NCBI GenBank assembly: GCA_965242525.1
Contig: OZ251459.1
Span: 3,680,001 to 3,744,000, forward strand
Direction of reading: 5' to 3'
DNA from: an uncultured Candidatus Binatia bacterium
Lineage (GTDB): Bacteria > Desulfobacterota > Binatia > UBA9968 > JAJDTQ01
DNA: 64,000 nt
Every line of letters begins with the position of its first letter. Within the stretch, counting starts at the first letter, position 1. A program made the translations under genes and the position numbers. Positions 29,482 through 39,243 of this stretch are shown in pieces. The notes beneath the pieces are model-generated. The model was not told the DNA's origin and ran no database searches. It saw nothing but the letters and a program-made list of their open reading frames with translations.

Positions 29482-29623
29482 CGACCAGCCTGTCGTTCCT
29501 GAGGGCTTGCCGCAGGCCGACCCAGGTGAAGAACAGGACGAGGATCAACATGCCCACGATGGGGATGTTGTCGGGTTTGGTGACGATCTCCATGAAATAG
29601 TACCAGCCGGATTCTTCTTTCAT
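29438..29623 (-). CDS. 61-aa single-pass membrane protein (KPDNIPIVGML motif)
   Basis: GAGGTGG RBS before ATG 29623; one hydrophobic helix; coding-like codon use. Confidence 0.65.
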   Translation of the reverse strand: MKEESGWYYFMEIVTKPDNIPIVGMLILVLFFTWVGLRQALRNDRLVDEGRENEIPERMWK

Positions 29624-29751
29624 ACGACTCGACCACCTCGCTTCGTTTTCAGTCGGACCATTGTAAACCATCTCACGACGGAGTACCACACCGGCGAGCA
29701 GGCTTCCCGCCGGCCTCCCGGCCCTGTCGAAACAGACGGAATTATTGTAAA

Positions 29752-29885
29752 GAAACCCCTGGACAATCGAGACATCCGGGATAGACTCCCGCACCCCGAC
29801 CCTCCTATCCCCGTTCGTCCTGAGCGTAGCGGAGCGAAGTCGAAGGACGCGCTCATGCTCCCTGTCCCGATTGTTCGGAGGTTCC
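29752..29885. mobile_element. MITE family A copy (TIR + REP core)
   Basis: GAAACCCCTGGACAATCGAGACA ... TGTCCCGATTGTTCGGAGGTTCC ends with the core inside. Confidence 0.75.
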
Positions 29886-29892
29886 GCAGGAA

Positions 29893-29970
29893 GGAACTTC
29901 CTGCTTTCGTGTGGGCAGAGTACGGGTAGCGTCCCCTCCCCCCTTGAGGGGGAGGGACAGGGAGGGGGGT
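29893..29970. repeat. Family B end followed by a CCCTCCCCC-TTGA-GGGGGAGGG palindrome
   Basis: CTTCCTGCTTTCGTGTGGGCAGAGT matches 45721-45748; same palindrome at ~45765-45788. Confidence 0.7.
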
Positions 29971-30020
29971 ACGGCGGGGTTGAGGGGCGGAGGAAACCGG
30001 AGGGCGCGGGGGCAAAGGTC

Positions 30021-31490
30021 ATGCGAGGACTTGGCGTCATCATCCTGGCCGCGGGCCGGGGCAAGCGGATGAGGTCGGCCACCCCGAAGGTGCTGCACCT
30101 CCTGGGCGGCAAGCCCCTGCTGTCCTATCCGCTCCGGGCCAGCGCGGGACTCGGAGCGGAAAAGGTGTGCGTGGTGGTGGGCCACTGCGGCGACCGGGTC
30201 CGGGACGCCTTTCCCGAAACGGACGAGGCCCCTTGGGTCGCGCCGCCGGACCCGCGGGGCGCCCCTTCCCGGGAGCCGGAGCATCCTGCCCGCGTCCGGG
30301 TGGACTGGGCGGTGCAGCGTGAGCAACTGGGCACCGGCCATGCAGTCCTGTGCGCGCGGCAAGCCTTCCGCGGCTTCCGGGGGGACCTGCTCGTCCTCAG
30401 CGGCGACGTGCCCCTTCTCCCGCGGGACCGCCTGTCCGAGTTGCTGCGGGCGCACCGAACGGGGGGCCACGACCTCACACTCGCGACCGCGACGCTGGCG
30501 GACCCGTCCGGGTACGGCCGGGTGCTGCGGGACCCCGAAGGCGCCGTCACGGGCGTGGTGGAGGAGCGCGACGCCGGCGCCGCGGAAAGGGAGGTCCGCG
30601 AGATCAACGTGGGCCTCTACGCGGCGTCCGCGGGCTTCCTCTTCGACGCCGTCGAAGAGGTGGGCAACGACAACAGCCAGGGGGAGTATTACCTGCCGGA
30701 CATCGTGGGGGTCGCCGCCCGCGGGAAGGCCGGGGTCGGCAGCCTCGCCATCGACGACCCGCGGGAATTCCGCGGCGTGAACAACAGGGAGGAACTCGCC
30801 TGGATGGAAAAGGCATTGCAGAAGGACGTGAACCGGAAATGGATGGAGCGGGGGGTGACCCTCAAGGACCCCGAGAGCACCTGGATCGACGCCGAGGCCG
30901 TCATCGGGGAGGACACCGTCATCGGTCCCCACACCCATCTGCTGGGCCGCACGGTGGTGGGGTCCCGTTGCCGCATCGACGGCAGCGCCTACCTCACCAA
31001 CGCGTGCCTGGCGGACGAGGTCCACTTGCGCTTCTCGGTGGTGCTCGACGGCTGCGAGGTCGAGGACGGAGTCAGCGTCGGCCCCTTCGCCCACCTGCGT
31101 CCCGGCGCCGTGCTGAAGCGCAACGTGCACATCGGCAACTTCGTGGAGGTCAAGAACTCCTCGGTGGGGGAGTCCACCAAGGCCAGCCACCTGAGCTACA
31201 TCGGCGACAGCGAGGTCGGCCGGGACTCCAACATCGGGGCGGGCGTCATCACCTGCAACTACGACGGCTTCGTCAAGAACCGGACCACCATCGGCGACCG
31301 GGTCCAGGTGGGCAGCGACACCCAGCTCGTGGCGCCGGTGGCGGTGGGCGACGACGCCTACATCGGGGCCGGGTCCACCATCACCAGGGACGTGCCCCCG
31401 GGCGCCCTGGCCCTGAGCCGGACGCCGCAGCAACACACGAAGGGCTGGGTGGCCGAGTTCCGGGCGCGAAAAGGCCGCAAGGGCCGGTAG
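30021..31490 (+). CDS. glmU: Bifunctional UDP-N-acetylglucosamine pyrophosphorylase / glucosamine-1-phosphate N-acetyltransferase
   Basis: ILAAGRGKRMRS, EQLGTGHA, GEYYLPD, GNFVEVK, HLSYIGD, ITCNYDG. Confidence 0.97.
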   Translation: MRGLGVIILAAGRGKRMRSATPKVLHLLGGKPLLSYPLRASAGLGAEKVCVVVGHCGDRVRDAFPETDEAPWVAPPDPRGAPSREPEHPARVRVDWAVQREQLGTGHAVLCARQAFRGFRGDLLVLSGDVPLLPRDRLSELLRAHRTGGHDLTLATATLADPSGYGRVLRDPEGAVTGVVEERDAGAAEREVREINVGLYAASAGFLFDAVEEVGNDNSQGEYYLPDIVGVAARGKAGVGSLAIDDPREFRGVNNREELAWMEKALQKDVNRKWMERGVTLKDPESTWIDAEAVIGEDTVIGPHTHLLGRTVVGSRCRIDGSAYLTNACLADEVHLRFSVVLDGCEVEDGVSVGPFAHLRPGAVLKRNVHIGNFVEVKNSSVGESTKASHLSYIGDSEVGRDSNIGAGVITCNYDGFVKNRTTIGDRVQVGSDTQLVAPVAVGDDAYIGAGSTITRDVPPGALALSRTPQQHTKGWVAEFRARKGRKGR

Positions 31491-31533
31491 CGGCGGATCC
31501 GGGGCCGGACGGGAGGAACGTCCGATGGATGCG

Positions 31534-31611
31534 GCTCTCCACCGGGAAGGCGCGTCCTTCGACTCCGCTTCGCTACGCCCGGGACGAACGGGGAGGGTCG
31601 TTCCGAATTTC
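31534..31611. repeat. REP-like core between glmU and glmS
   Basis: CGCGTCCTTCGACTCCGCTTCGCTACGCCCGGGACGAACGG at 31551-31591. Confidence 0.8.
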
Positions 31612-31623
31612 ACGGAGTCTTCC

Positions 31624-33447
31624 ATGTGCGGAATCGTGGGATACATCGGCGTCCGTGACGCCGGGCGGGTGCTCCTCGACAGCCTGAGGAAGCTCGAGTA
31701 CCGGGGCTACGACTCGGCCGGCATCGCCGTCCTCGACCGGGGGGAGATCGCGCTGCGGCGCGCCGAGGGCAAGCTCGCCAGGCTCGAGACCCTGCTCGCG
31801 GACGCGCCGGTCCGGGGACGCGCGGGCATCGGCCACACGCGCTGGGCCACCCACGGCCGTCCTTCCGAGACCAACGCCCACCCCCACCGCGCGGACGACA
31901 CCGTGGTGGTGCACAACGGCATCATCGAGAACTACCGCGAGATCGAGGCGGCGCTGCTGGCCCGGGGCGCCAAGCTGGCCTCGGACACCGACACCGAGCT
32001 CGTGGCCCACCTGGCCCAGGAGAAGGTCGGGCAGGGGTTGGACCTGCTGGAGGCCGTGCGCGAGACCATCCGCGAGATCCGGGGCTCCTACGCCATGATC
32101 TTCATGAGCCAGCGCGAACCCCACCGGCTCGTGGTGGCCAAGAGCGCCTCGCCTATAGTCATCGGGCAGGCCCGGGGGGAGACCTTCGTGGCCTCGGACA
32201 TCCCCGCGCTGCTGGAATACACCCGGGACGTGGTCTTCCTGGAGGACGGGGAACTGGCCGAAGTGCGGGCGGACGGTTTCCGCATACTCGACTCCGAATC
32301 GAGACCCCTGGAGCGGGAAACCCGGCGGATCACCTGGGACGCCCTTGCGGCGCAGAAGGGCGGCTACCGCCATTTCATGCTGAAGGAGATCCACGAGCAG
32401 CCCCAGGCCGTGACCGACACCCTGCGGGGACGCACCTCCCTCGAATCCGGCGCGGTGGACTTCGCCGGCCCCAACCTCACCCGGGAGCGACTGGCGCGCA
32501 CGAGGAAGGTCCACCTGGTGGGCTGCGGCACGGCGTGGCACGCGGCGCTGGTGGGCAAGTTCCTGCTGGAGGAACTGGCCGGGGTCCCCGTCGAAGTGGA
32601 TTACGGCTCGGAGTTCCGCCACCGGACGCCGCTCATCGAACCGGATTCGCTCATCCTGCTCGTCAGCCAGTCGGGGGAGACCGCGGACACCCTGGCCGCG
32701 GTGGAGACCGCCCGGCAACGAGGCGCCGGGGTCCTCTCCATCTGCAACGTGGTGGATTCGTCCCTCGCCCGGAAGTCCGACGGCGTCTTCTACACCCACG
32801 CCGGACCGGAGATCAGCGTGGCCAGCACCAAGGCGTTCACCACGCAACTCGCCGCCCTCTACGTGCTGGCGGTCCGACTGGGGCAACTTGGCGGCCGCCT
32901 CGGGCCCGCGGAGGCCGCCCGCCTGCTGGAAGACGCCGCCCGCCTGCCCGGATGGATCGAGACCGCCCTGAAGCTCGAGCAACCCGTGGCCGAGCTCGCC
33001 CACGGACTGAGCCACGCCAGCCACGTGCTCTACCTGGGGCGGGGCATCAACTACCCCATCGCCCTGGAAGGCGCCCTCAAGCTGAAGGAGATCTCCTACA
33101 TCCACGCCGAAGGATACCCCGCGGGCGAGCTGAAGCACGGCCCCATCGCCCTGGTGGACGAGGACATGCCGGTGGTGCTGCTCCTGCCCCGGGACCGCTA
33201 CTACCCCAAGACCCTCGGCAACCTGAAGGAAGTCGAGTCCCGCGGCGGGAACGTGCTGGTGGTCACCGACGATCCCGACGGGAGCGTCGAAGCGAAGCCC
33301 GCCCTCGTGGTCCCCAAGGTCCCCTACCACTTGGCGCCGGTGGTGTTGACCATCCCCTTGCAGCTACTGGCCTACCACATCGCAGTCCACCGGGGCACCG
33401 ACGTGGACCAGCCCCGCAACCTGGCCAAGAGCGTGACCGTGGAGTAG
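31624..33447 (+). CDS. glmS: Glutamine--fructose-6-phosphate aminotransferase
   Basis: MCGIVG, LEYRGYDSAG, GHTRWATHG, SQSGETADT, PRNLAKSVTVE. Confidence 0.98.
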   Translation: MCGIVGYIGVRDAGRVLLDSLRKLEYRGYDSAGIAVLDRGEIALRRAEGKLARLETLLADAPVRGRAGIGHTRWATHGRPSETNAHPHRADDTVVVHNGIIENYREIEAALLARGAKLASDTDTELVAHLAQEKVGQGLDLLEAVRETIREIRGSYAMIFMSQREPHRLVVAKSASPIVIGQARGETFVASDIPALLEYTRDVVFLEDGELAEVRADGFRILDSESRPLERETRRITWDALAAQKGGYRHFMLKEIHEQPQAVTDTLRGRTSLESGAVDFAGPNLTRERLARTRKVHLVGCGTAWHAALVGKFLLEELAGVPVEVDYGSEFRHRTPLIEPDSLILLVSQSGETADTLAAVETARQRGAGVLSICNVVDSSLARKSDGVFYTHAGPEISVASTKAFTTQLAALYVLAVRLGQLGGRLGPAEAARLLEDAARLPGWIETALKLEQPVAELAHGLSHASHVLYLGRGINYPIALEGALKLKEISYIHAEGYPAGELKHGPIALVDEDMPVVLLLPRDRYYPKTLGNLKEVESRGGNVLVVTDDPDGSVEAKPALVVPKVPYHLAPVVLTIPLQLLAYHIAVHRGTDVDQPRNLAKSVTVE

Positions 33448-33464
33448 CGGAACGCGGGATGAAT

Positions 33465-33529
33465 GCGCCCTTCGACTCCGCTTCGCTACGCTCAGGACGA
33501 ACGGGGACAAGAGGGTCAGGGTGAGGGAA
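33465..33529. repeat. Partial MITE family A copy overlapping the rlmE stop codon
   Basis: Core plus GGGTCAGGGTGAGGGAA, as at 54890-54906. Confidence 0.75.
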
Positions 33530-34133
33530 ACCGGCCTCCGCCTCTCCGGAAACCCTGGGCCGTCACGTAGATCTCCGACGACCCCTTGCGCGTGGCGGCG
33601 GAGCGGACCCGTCGCACCACGGGGAAGTCCGACGACAACTCCTCCAGCAGGGCGGGCAGGTCGGCGCCGGTGAAGGTCTTGAAGAGCAAGGCGCCGCGGG
33701 GCTTCAGGACCGTGCGAGCAATCTCCCACGCCTTTCGGGCCAGTTCCAGGGCGCGCCCTTCGTCCGCGTCGCGGACGCCTGACAGGCGCGGGGCCATGTC
33801 GGAGAGGACGCAGTCCGCGGCGCATCCCAAGAGCGCGCCGATGCGCTCCGCGGCGTCCTCCGCTAGCACGTCCAGCTCGAACGCGGTCACGTTCCCGCCA
33901 GGCAGGGGCCGTATGGGCTGAAGGTCGAAGCCCATCACCCTTCCCCGGGGGCCGGCGAACTCGGATGCCACCTGGAGCCACCCTCCGGGCGCCGCGCCCA
34001 AGTCCACCACCGCGCTGTCGGCCCGGATCAGGCGAAGCCGCCGGTTGATCTCCAGCAGCTTGTAGGCCGCCCGCGAACGATAACCCTCGCGCTTGGCCTT
34101 GCGAAAGAACCCGTCCTGCGGTCGATACGCCAT
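33516..34133 (-). CDS. rlmE: 23S rRNA Um2552 methyltransferase (FtsJ)
   Basis: AKREGYRSRAAYKL, DLGAAPGGW, SDMAP, SSEIY. Confidence 0.93.
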   Translation of the reverse strand: MAYRPQDGFFRKAKREGYRSRAAYKLLEINRRLRLIRADSAVVDLGAAPGGWLQVASEFAGPRGRVMGFDLQPIRPLPGGNVTAFELDVLAEDAAERIGALLGCAADCVLSDMAPRLSGVRDADEGRALELARKAWEIARTVLKPRGALLFKTFTGADLPALLEELSSDFPVVRRVRSAATRKGSSEIYVTAQGFRRGGGRFPSP

Positions 34134-34149
34134 GCCTCACACACGGGAA

Positions 34150-34275
34150 GGAAACCCTGAACAACGACCCCCGTTCATCTTGAGACACGAAGCGAAGATC
34201 CCATGCATCTGAGCGTAGCGGAGGCCTCCGTTCGTCCTGAGCGTAGCGAAGCGAAGTCGAAGGACGCGCCTTCCC
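34150..34275. repeat. TIR-like end + two degenerate and one full REP core
   Basis: GGAAACCCTGAACAA start, full core at 34228-34269. Confidence 0.75.
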
Positions 34276-34354
34276 ATGAAGCCGTCCGCGCCCGGTGGAC
34301 GGGCGGCAGACCCGATACTTGACTTCATCGAACCTTAGATGATATTTGCGACGG

Positions 34355-36301
34355 ATGCTATTCCAGAGTCTATTCCACAGTATCCGCAGCAGGCTTTTCC
34401 TCCTGCTGGTTCCGGCGCTCGCGGTGGGGGCTTTCACCTGGGGCGGCGAGGCCCGGGCGCTGGAGTTCGGCTCCGGCGAGGTCGAGGCGAGCCTCGACAC
34501 CACCCTCTCCTACGGCGCGACCTTCCGGGTAGCGGACCGTGACCCGGAGTTGACGGCGGACATCAACGGCAACGACGGCGACCTCAACTACAAGACCGGC
34601 GTCGTCAGCAACGCCGTCAAGTTCACCAGCGAGTTCGACCTGGGCTACCGCAACTTCGGGTTGTTCGTTCGCGGCACCGGGTTCTTCGACGCCGAGAACG
34701 AGAACGGCACGCGGGAACGCACGCCCCTGTCCCCCAAGGCCAAGCGCATGGTCGGGAAGGACATCGACCTGCTCGACGCCTACGCCACCGGGACCTTCGA
34801 CCTCGGTGAGGTCACCGCGGACCTGCGGGTCGGCAAGCACGTGCTCAACTGGGGCGAGAGCACCTTCATCCAGGGCGGCGTCAACGCCATCAACCCGTTC
34901 GACGTGAGCAAGCTCCGGGTGCCCGGGGCGGAGTTGCGCGAGGCGCTGGTGGCGGTCCCCCTCGTATCCACGGTGCTGGAGTTCCCGGTTGGCCTTTCGG
35001 CGGAGGGCTTCTACCAGCTCGACTGGGACAAGACCGAGATCGACCCGGTGGGAAGCTACTTCTCGGTGACGGACTATGTGGGCCCCGGCGCGACCAGGGC
35101 GGTGGTCCCCATCAGCGGCAGCGGCGTGACCGACGTGGGATTCGGCTTCGGTCCTCTCACGCAGTACATCAACGCCGACCTTGGCGGTGCGCGGCAGCCC
35201 CTCCAGCCGGATTTCGACCCCGGTTTCCTGAACGTGGTGCGCGGCCCCGACCGCAACCCCGCGGACTCGGGACAGTGGGGAGTCGCCTTCCGCTACCTCG
35301 CCGAGCAGTTGAACGAGACCGAGTTCGGCCTCTACTTCGTCAACTACCATAGCCGCCTGCCCACGGTCGGCGCCATCACCGGCACCCGGGCCGGAGTCCA
35401 GGCCGGTCTCGCCGCGGCCCAGGCCGTGGGCTCGTCCACCTCCAACACCACCCAGGCGGTCACTGCGCAGGTCACTGCGGACGTCCAGGCCGGACAAATC
35501 GCTCCCGCAGCCGCCCCGACGATGATCGGGCAACGGGTGGGCGCGGCCGCCGGCGCCCTCGGAGTAGATCGGTACACGAAGACCGCGAGCTACTTCATCG
35601 AGTACCCCGAGGACATCCAGCTCATCGGCCTGAGCTTCAACACCGACCTCGGAACCACGGGGTGGGCGTTGCAGGGCGAGTACTCCTTCCGCAAGGACCA
35701 GCCGCTGCAGCGGGCCGAGCGCGCCCTGTTCGAAGAAGGTCTGGGTCCGTTCCTGAGGCTCGTGCGCACGGAACGTCCGGATTACCTTCCCCCTGCCGAA
35801 GTCCCCGGTTACCTTGCGGCCTACCAACCGACAAGGGTACAGGGCTACATCAAGCGCGACGTGAGCCAGGCCCAGGCCACCGCCACCCGGGTCTTCGGGC
35901 CGACGCTGGGGGCGGACAGCCTCATCTTCCTTACGGAAGTGGCGGGCATGTTCGTGCATGACATGCCCAAGCAGGCCGACTCTCCCATCGAAAGCCCCGC
36001 GGGCGGGAGCGACGCGGACGCCACCTCCTGGGGTTACCGGGTGGCGTCGCGTCTCGACTACAACAACGCCGTCGGCGCCGTGAACCTGTTTCCGTACTTG
36101 CAGTTCCAGCACGACGTGAGCGGCGACAGCCCATCGCCCAGCGGCTCGTTCGTGCAGGGGCGGACCGCGCTGACCGTGGGGGTGCGCGCCAGCTACCTCG
36201 CGAGCTGGGAGGCCAACCTCGGCTACACCAGCTTCTCCGGCCGGAGAAACGAGTTGCGCGACCGCGATTTCGTCGCCGCCACCGTCAAGTACTCCTTCTA
36301 G
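34355..36301 (+). CDS. DUF1302 family outer-membrane protein
   Basis: Signal peptide, DTTLSYG, NDGDLNY, NWGESTFI, NYHSRLP, C-terminal DRDFVAATVKYSF. Confidence 0.88.
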   Translation: MLFQSLFHSIRSRLFLLLVPALAVGAFTWGGEARALEFGSGEVEASLDTTLSYGATFRVADRDPELTADINGNDGDLNYKTGVVSNAVKFTSEFDLGYRNFGLFVRGTGFFDAENENGTRERTPLSPKAKRMVGKDIDLLDAYATGTFDLGEVTADLRVGKHVLNWGESTFIQGGVNAINPFDVSKLRVPGAELREALVAVPLVSTVLEFPVGLSAEGFYQLDWDKTEIDPVGSYFSVTDYVGPGATRAVVPISGSGVTDVGFGFGPLTQYINADLGGARQPLQPDFDPGFLNVVRGPDRNPADSGQWGVAFRYLAEQLNETEFGLYFVNYHSRLPTVGAITGTRAGVQAGLAAAQAVGSSTSNTTQAVTAQVTADVQAGQIAPAAAPTMIGQRVGAAAGALGVDRYTKTASYFIEYPEDIQLIGLSFNTDLGTTGWALQGEYSFRKDQPLQRAERALFEEGLGPFLRLVRTERPDYLPPAEVPGYLAAYQPTRVQGYIKRDVSQAQATATRVFGPTLGADSLIFLTEVAGMFVHDMPKQADSPIESPAGGSDADATSWGYRVASRLDYNNAVGAVNLFPYLQFQHDVSGDSPSPSGSFVQGRTALTVGVRASYLASWEANLGYTSFSGRRNELRDRDFVAATVKYSF

Positions 36302-36311
36302 CATCACAGCC

Positions 36312-37679
36312 ATGAACACCAGAACACCGATGATTCGATTCGCCGCGGCGTTGGCTCTGGCGTGCGCCCTCGCCCATCCTGCCGCGGCAGAGATTTCGGC
36401 CGACGAGGTCGCGCGGCTCGGCCGCGACCTGACCCCCCTGGGGGGAGAACGGGCGGGCAACGCCGATGGCTCCATCCCCGAGTGGACCGGCGGCATCACC
36501 CGACCGCCGGCCGGCTACGAGGTCGGCCAGCACCACCCGGACCCCTACGCCGCGGACCGGCCGCTCTTCGTCATCGACGCCGCCAACCTGGACCGGCACC
36601 GCGACAAGCTCTCGGTGGGCCACCAGCGAATGCTGGAGACCTATCCGGGTTTCCGGCTGAACGTCTATCCCACCCGGCGCAGCGCGTCCGTCCCCCAGCG
36701 CATCTACGACGCCACCCGGCGGGCCGCCGCCACCGCCAGGCTGGTGGACGACGGCAACGGCGTCGGCGGCGCGGTCATCGGCACCCCGTTCCCCATCCCC
36801 AGGAACGGCCTGGAGGTCATCTGGAACCACCTGCTGCGCTACCGGGGCGAGACGGTGACCTGCACCGTGGGCCAAGCCGCGGTCACCCGCGGCGGCGCCT
36901 ACACCATGGTGAAGTACGCCCTCGACATCAAGGTGCGCTACTCCCTCCCGGGCATGACCGAGGAAGAACTCGGCAATTCCATGGTCCTGTTCAAGCAGAA
37001 GGTGGTGGCGCCGGCGCGGCTCGCGGGGGACCTCCTGCTGGTGCATGAAACCATGAACCAGGCCCGGGAGCCGCGGCGCGCATGGACCTACAACCCCGGC
37101 CAACGGCGGGTGCGCCGGGCCCCGAACGTGGCCTACGACAACCCCGGCACCACCTCCGACGGACTGCGCACCGCGGACCAGTTCGACATGTTCAACGGCG
37201 CGGTGGACCGCTACGACTGGAAGCTCGTGGGCAAGCGGGAGATGTACGTGCCCTACAACTCCTACAAGCTGCACAGCGACCGGCTCGCCTTCACCGACAT
37301 CCTCAAGCCGCTGCACGTGAACCCGGAGCACCTGCGCTACGAGCTGCACCGGGTGTGGGTGCTGGAAGCGACCCTCAAGGAAGGCGCGCGCCACATCTAC
37401 AAGCGGCGCACCCTGTACGTGGACGAGGACTCCTGGCAGATCCTGCTCGCGGACATCTACGACAACCGCGACCAGCTCTGGCGCATGTCGGAAGGCCACG
37501 TCATCAACTTCTACGAAAAGCCGATGGTATGGCCGACGCTGGAAGTGCACACCGACCTGCAGGCGGGACGCTACCTCGCCCTCGGCCTGGACAACGAGTT
37601 TCCCATATGCACCTTCGACATGGAGTACACGTCCCGGGACTTCACGCCGGCGTCCCTGCGCCGAGAGGGCAGACGCTGA
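36312..37679 (+). CDS. DUF1329 family periplasmic protein
   Basis: LTPLGGERAGNADGSIPEWTGG, YNPGQRRVRRAP, YELHRVWV, YVDEDSW. Confidence 0.9.
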   Translation: MNTRTPMIRFAAALALACALAHPAAAEISADEVARLGRDLTPLGGERAGNADGSIPEWTGGITRPPAGYEVGQHHPDPYAADRPLFVIDAANLDRHRDKLSVGHQRMLETYPGFRLNVYPTRRSASVPQRIYDATRRAAATARLVDDGNGVGGAVIGTPFPIPRNGLEVIWNHLLRYRGETVTCTVGQAAVTRGGAYTMVKYALDIKVRYSLPGMTEEELGNSMVLFKQKVVAPARLAGDLLLVHETMNQAREPRRAWTYNPGQRRVRRAPNVAYDNPGTTSDGLRTADQFDMFNGAVDRYDWKLVGKREMYVPYNSYKLHSDRLAFTDILKPLHVNPEHLRYELHRVWVLEATLKEGARHIYKRRTLYVDEDSWQILLADIYDNRDQLWRMSEGHVINFYEKPMVWPTLEVHTDLQAGRYLALGLDNEFPICTFDMEYTSRDFTPASLRREGRR

Positions 37680-37836
37680 GCCCGCCAGCCGGCTGAAACC
37701 CCGGCGCTCACCGAAGCCGGAACTGCGCCGGCCGCCGCCCGACGCCGGCCGGCACGGCCGGAGGATCCCCGAAGCCGTTTCGGGCTTCGTGCTGTGTTAC
37801 GGAACGTCTGAACGATGTCATACCTCCCTTGGGAAT

Positions 37837-37898
37837 GCGCGTCCTTCGACTTCGCTTCGCTACGCTCAGGACGAACGGAATGGTTGCTCAGGGTTTCC
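37837..37898. repeat. REP core + TIR-like end
   Basis: GCGCGTCCTTCGACTTCGCTTCGCTACGCTCAGGACGAACGG...TGCTCAGGGTTTCC. Confidence 0.8.
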
Positions 37899-37901
37899 TT
37901 G

Positions 37902-38240
37902 GGAACCTCTGAACAATCGAGACATCCGGGATGGATTCCCGATGCTCTCACCCTGACGCCCCTGTCCCTATTCGTCCCGAGCGTAGCGAAGCAGAGACCT
38001 CCGTTCATCCCGAGCGTAGCGAAACGAAGACCTCCGTTCATCCTGAGCGTAGCGAAGCGAAGACTTCCGTTCATCCTGAGCGTAGCGAAGCGGAGACTTC
38101 CGTTCATCCTGAGCGTAGCGAAGCGGAGACTTCCGTTCATCCTGAGCGTAGCGAAGCGGAGACCCCCGTTCATCCTGAGCGTAGCGAAGCGAAGTCGAAG
38201 GATGCGCTCATTCCCCCTGTCCGGGCTGTTCAGAGGTTCC
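37902..38240. mobile_element. MITE family A copy with an internal 33-bp tandem amplification (7 units, 37968-38207)
   Basis: GGAACCTCTGAACAATCG left end, TGTTCAGAGGTTCC right end; units start at 37968, 38001, 38034, 38067, 38100, 38133, 38166. Confidence 0.85.
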
Positions 38241-38258
38241 CCTACGCCTCGGTAACCC

Positions 38259-39236
38259 ATGCAGGCGATACCCTGCCTTGCGGGCAGCTTGCCGAGACGC
38301 GCCCGCGTCCTGACCGGTCTGTTGCTCGCACTCGTCCCGGGACTCCCGGGACTTGCCCATGCCGACGCCAAACCGGCCATCCACGCGCCCCTGGCGGTCG
38401 AGTCGCTGCTGCTCGACGGGGCGGTGGCGGGTTCGCGGGTGGTAGTGGTGGGCGAACGCGGCCACATCCTGGTCTCCACCGACCGCGGCGACAACTGGAA
38501 ACAGGCGCAGACCCCCACCCGGGCCTTGCTGACCGCGGTGCACATGCACGATGAGCGCACCGGCTGGGCGGTGGGGCACGACGCGGTGATCCTCCGCACC
38601 GACGATGGCGGCGACACTTGGCGGCTGTTGCACCGGGCGCCGGAAGAGGAGCGCCCGCTGCTGGACGTGTGGTTCCGGGACCGGGAGACGGGCTTTGCGG
38701 TGGGCGCCTACGGTTATTTCCTGGCCACCCGGGACGGCGGCGCCGCCTGGACGTCCCGCGCCGTCAGCAAGGACGACTTCCACTTGAACGCCATCGCGCC
38801 CGCGGGGGACCGGCGGCTGTTCATGGCCGCAGAGGCCGGGGTGGTATATCGCTCCGAAGACCGCGGCGATACGTGGCAGGAGCTGCCCTCGCCCTACGCC
38901 GGCTCGTGGTTCGGCGTCCTCCCCCTGGACGAGGACCGGGTACTGCTGATGGGGCTTCGGGGCCACCTGTTCCGCTCCGAGGACGCGGGCGAGAGCTGGA
39001 CGCAGGTGGCCACCGGCACCACCGCGACCCTCACCGGCGCGGTTCGGCTGCCGCGCGGCGAGGTGCTGGTCACGGGCCTCGGGGGGACCCTGCTCCGCAG
39101 CCGGGACCGCGGGCGCACCGTATCCGCCACGCGGCTGCCCATGCGCCAGGGCGTCTCCTCGGCGCTGGCGCTGGCCGACGGCAGCGTGCTGCTGACCGGA
39201 GAGTTCGGCGTCCGTCGTCTGCCCCGGCCCGAATAG
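38259..39236 (+). CDS. YCF48/BNR-repeat beta-propeller protein
   Basis: VGERGHILVSTDRG, VGHDAVILRTDDGG, repeated SxDxGxxW Asp-boxes. Confidence 0.88.
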   Translation: MQAIPCLAGSLPRRARVLTGLLLALVPGLPGLAHADAKPAIHAPLAVESLLLDGAVAGSRVVVVGERGHILVSTDRGDNWKQAQTPTRALLTAVHMHDERTGWAVGHDAVILRTDDGGDTWRLLHRAPEEERPLLDVWFRDRETGFAVGAYGYFLATRDGGAAWTSRAVSKDDFHLNAIAPAGDRRLFMAAEAGVVYRSEDRGDTWQELPSPYAGSWFGVLPLDEDRVLLMGLRGHLFRSEDAGESWTQVATGTTATLTGAVRLPRGEVLVTGLGGTLLRSRDRGRTVSATRLPMRQGVSSALALADGSVLLTGEFGVRRLPRPE

Positions 39237-39243
39237 ACGCCCC

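Noticed and set aside
31491-31623. glmS ribozyme upstream of glmS
   Set aside because: The space is short and mostly filled by a REP copy; no ribozyme core is recognisable.
37968-38207. Possible CRISPR array
   Set aside because: Units are contiguous with no unique spacers, match the dispersed REP core, and no cas genes are present.
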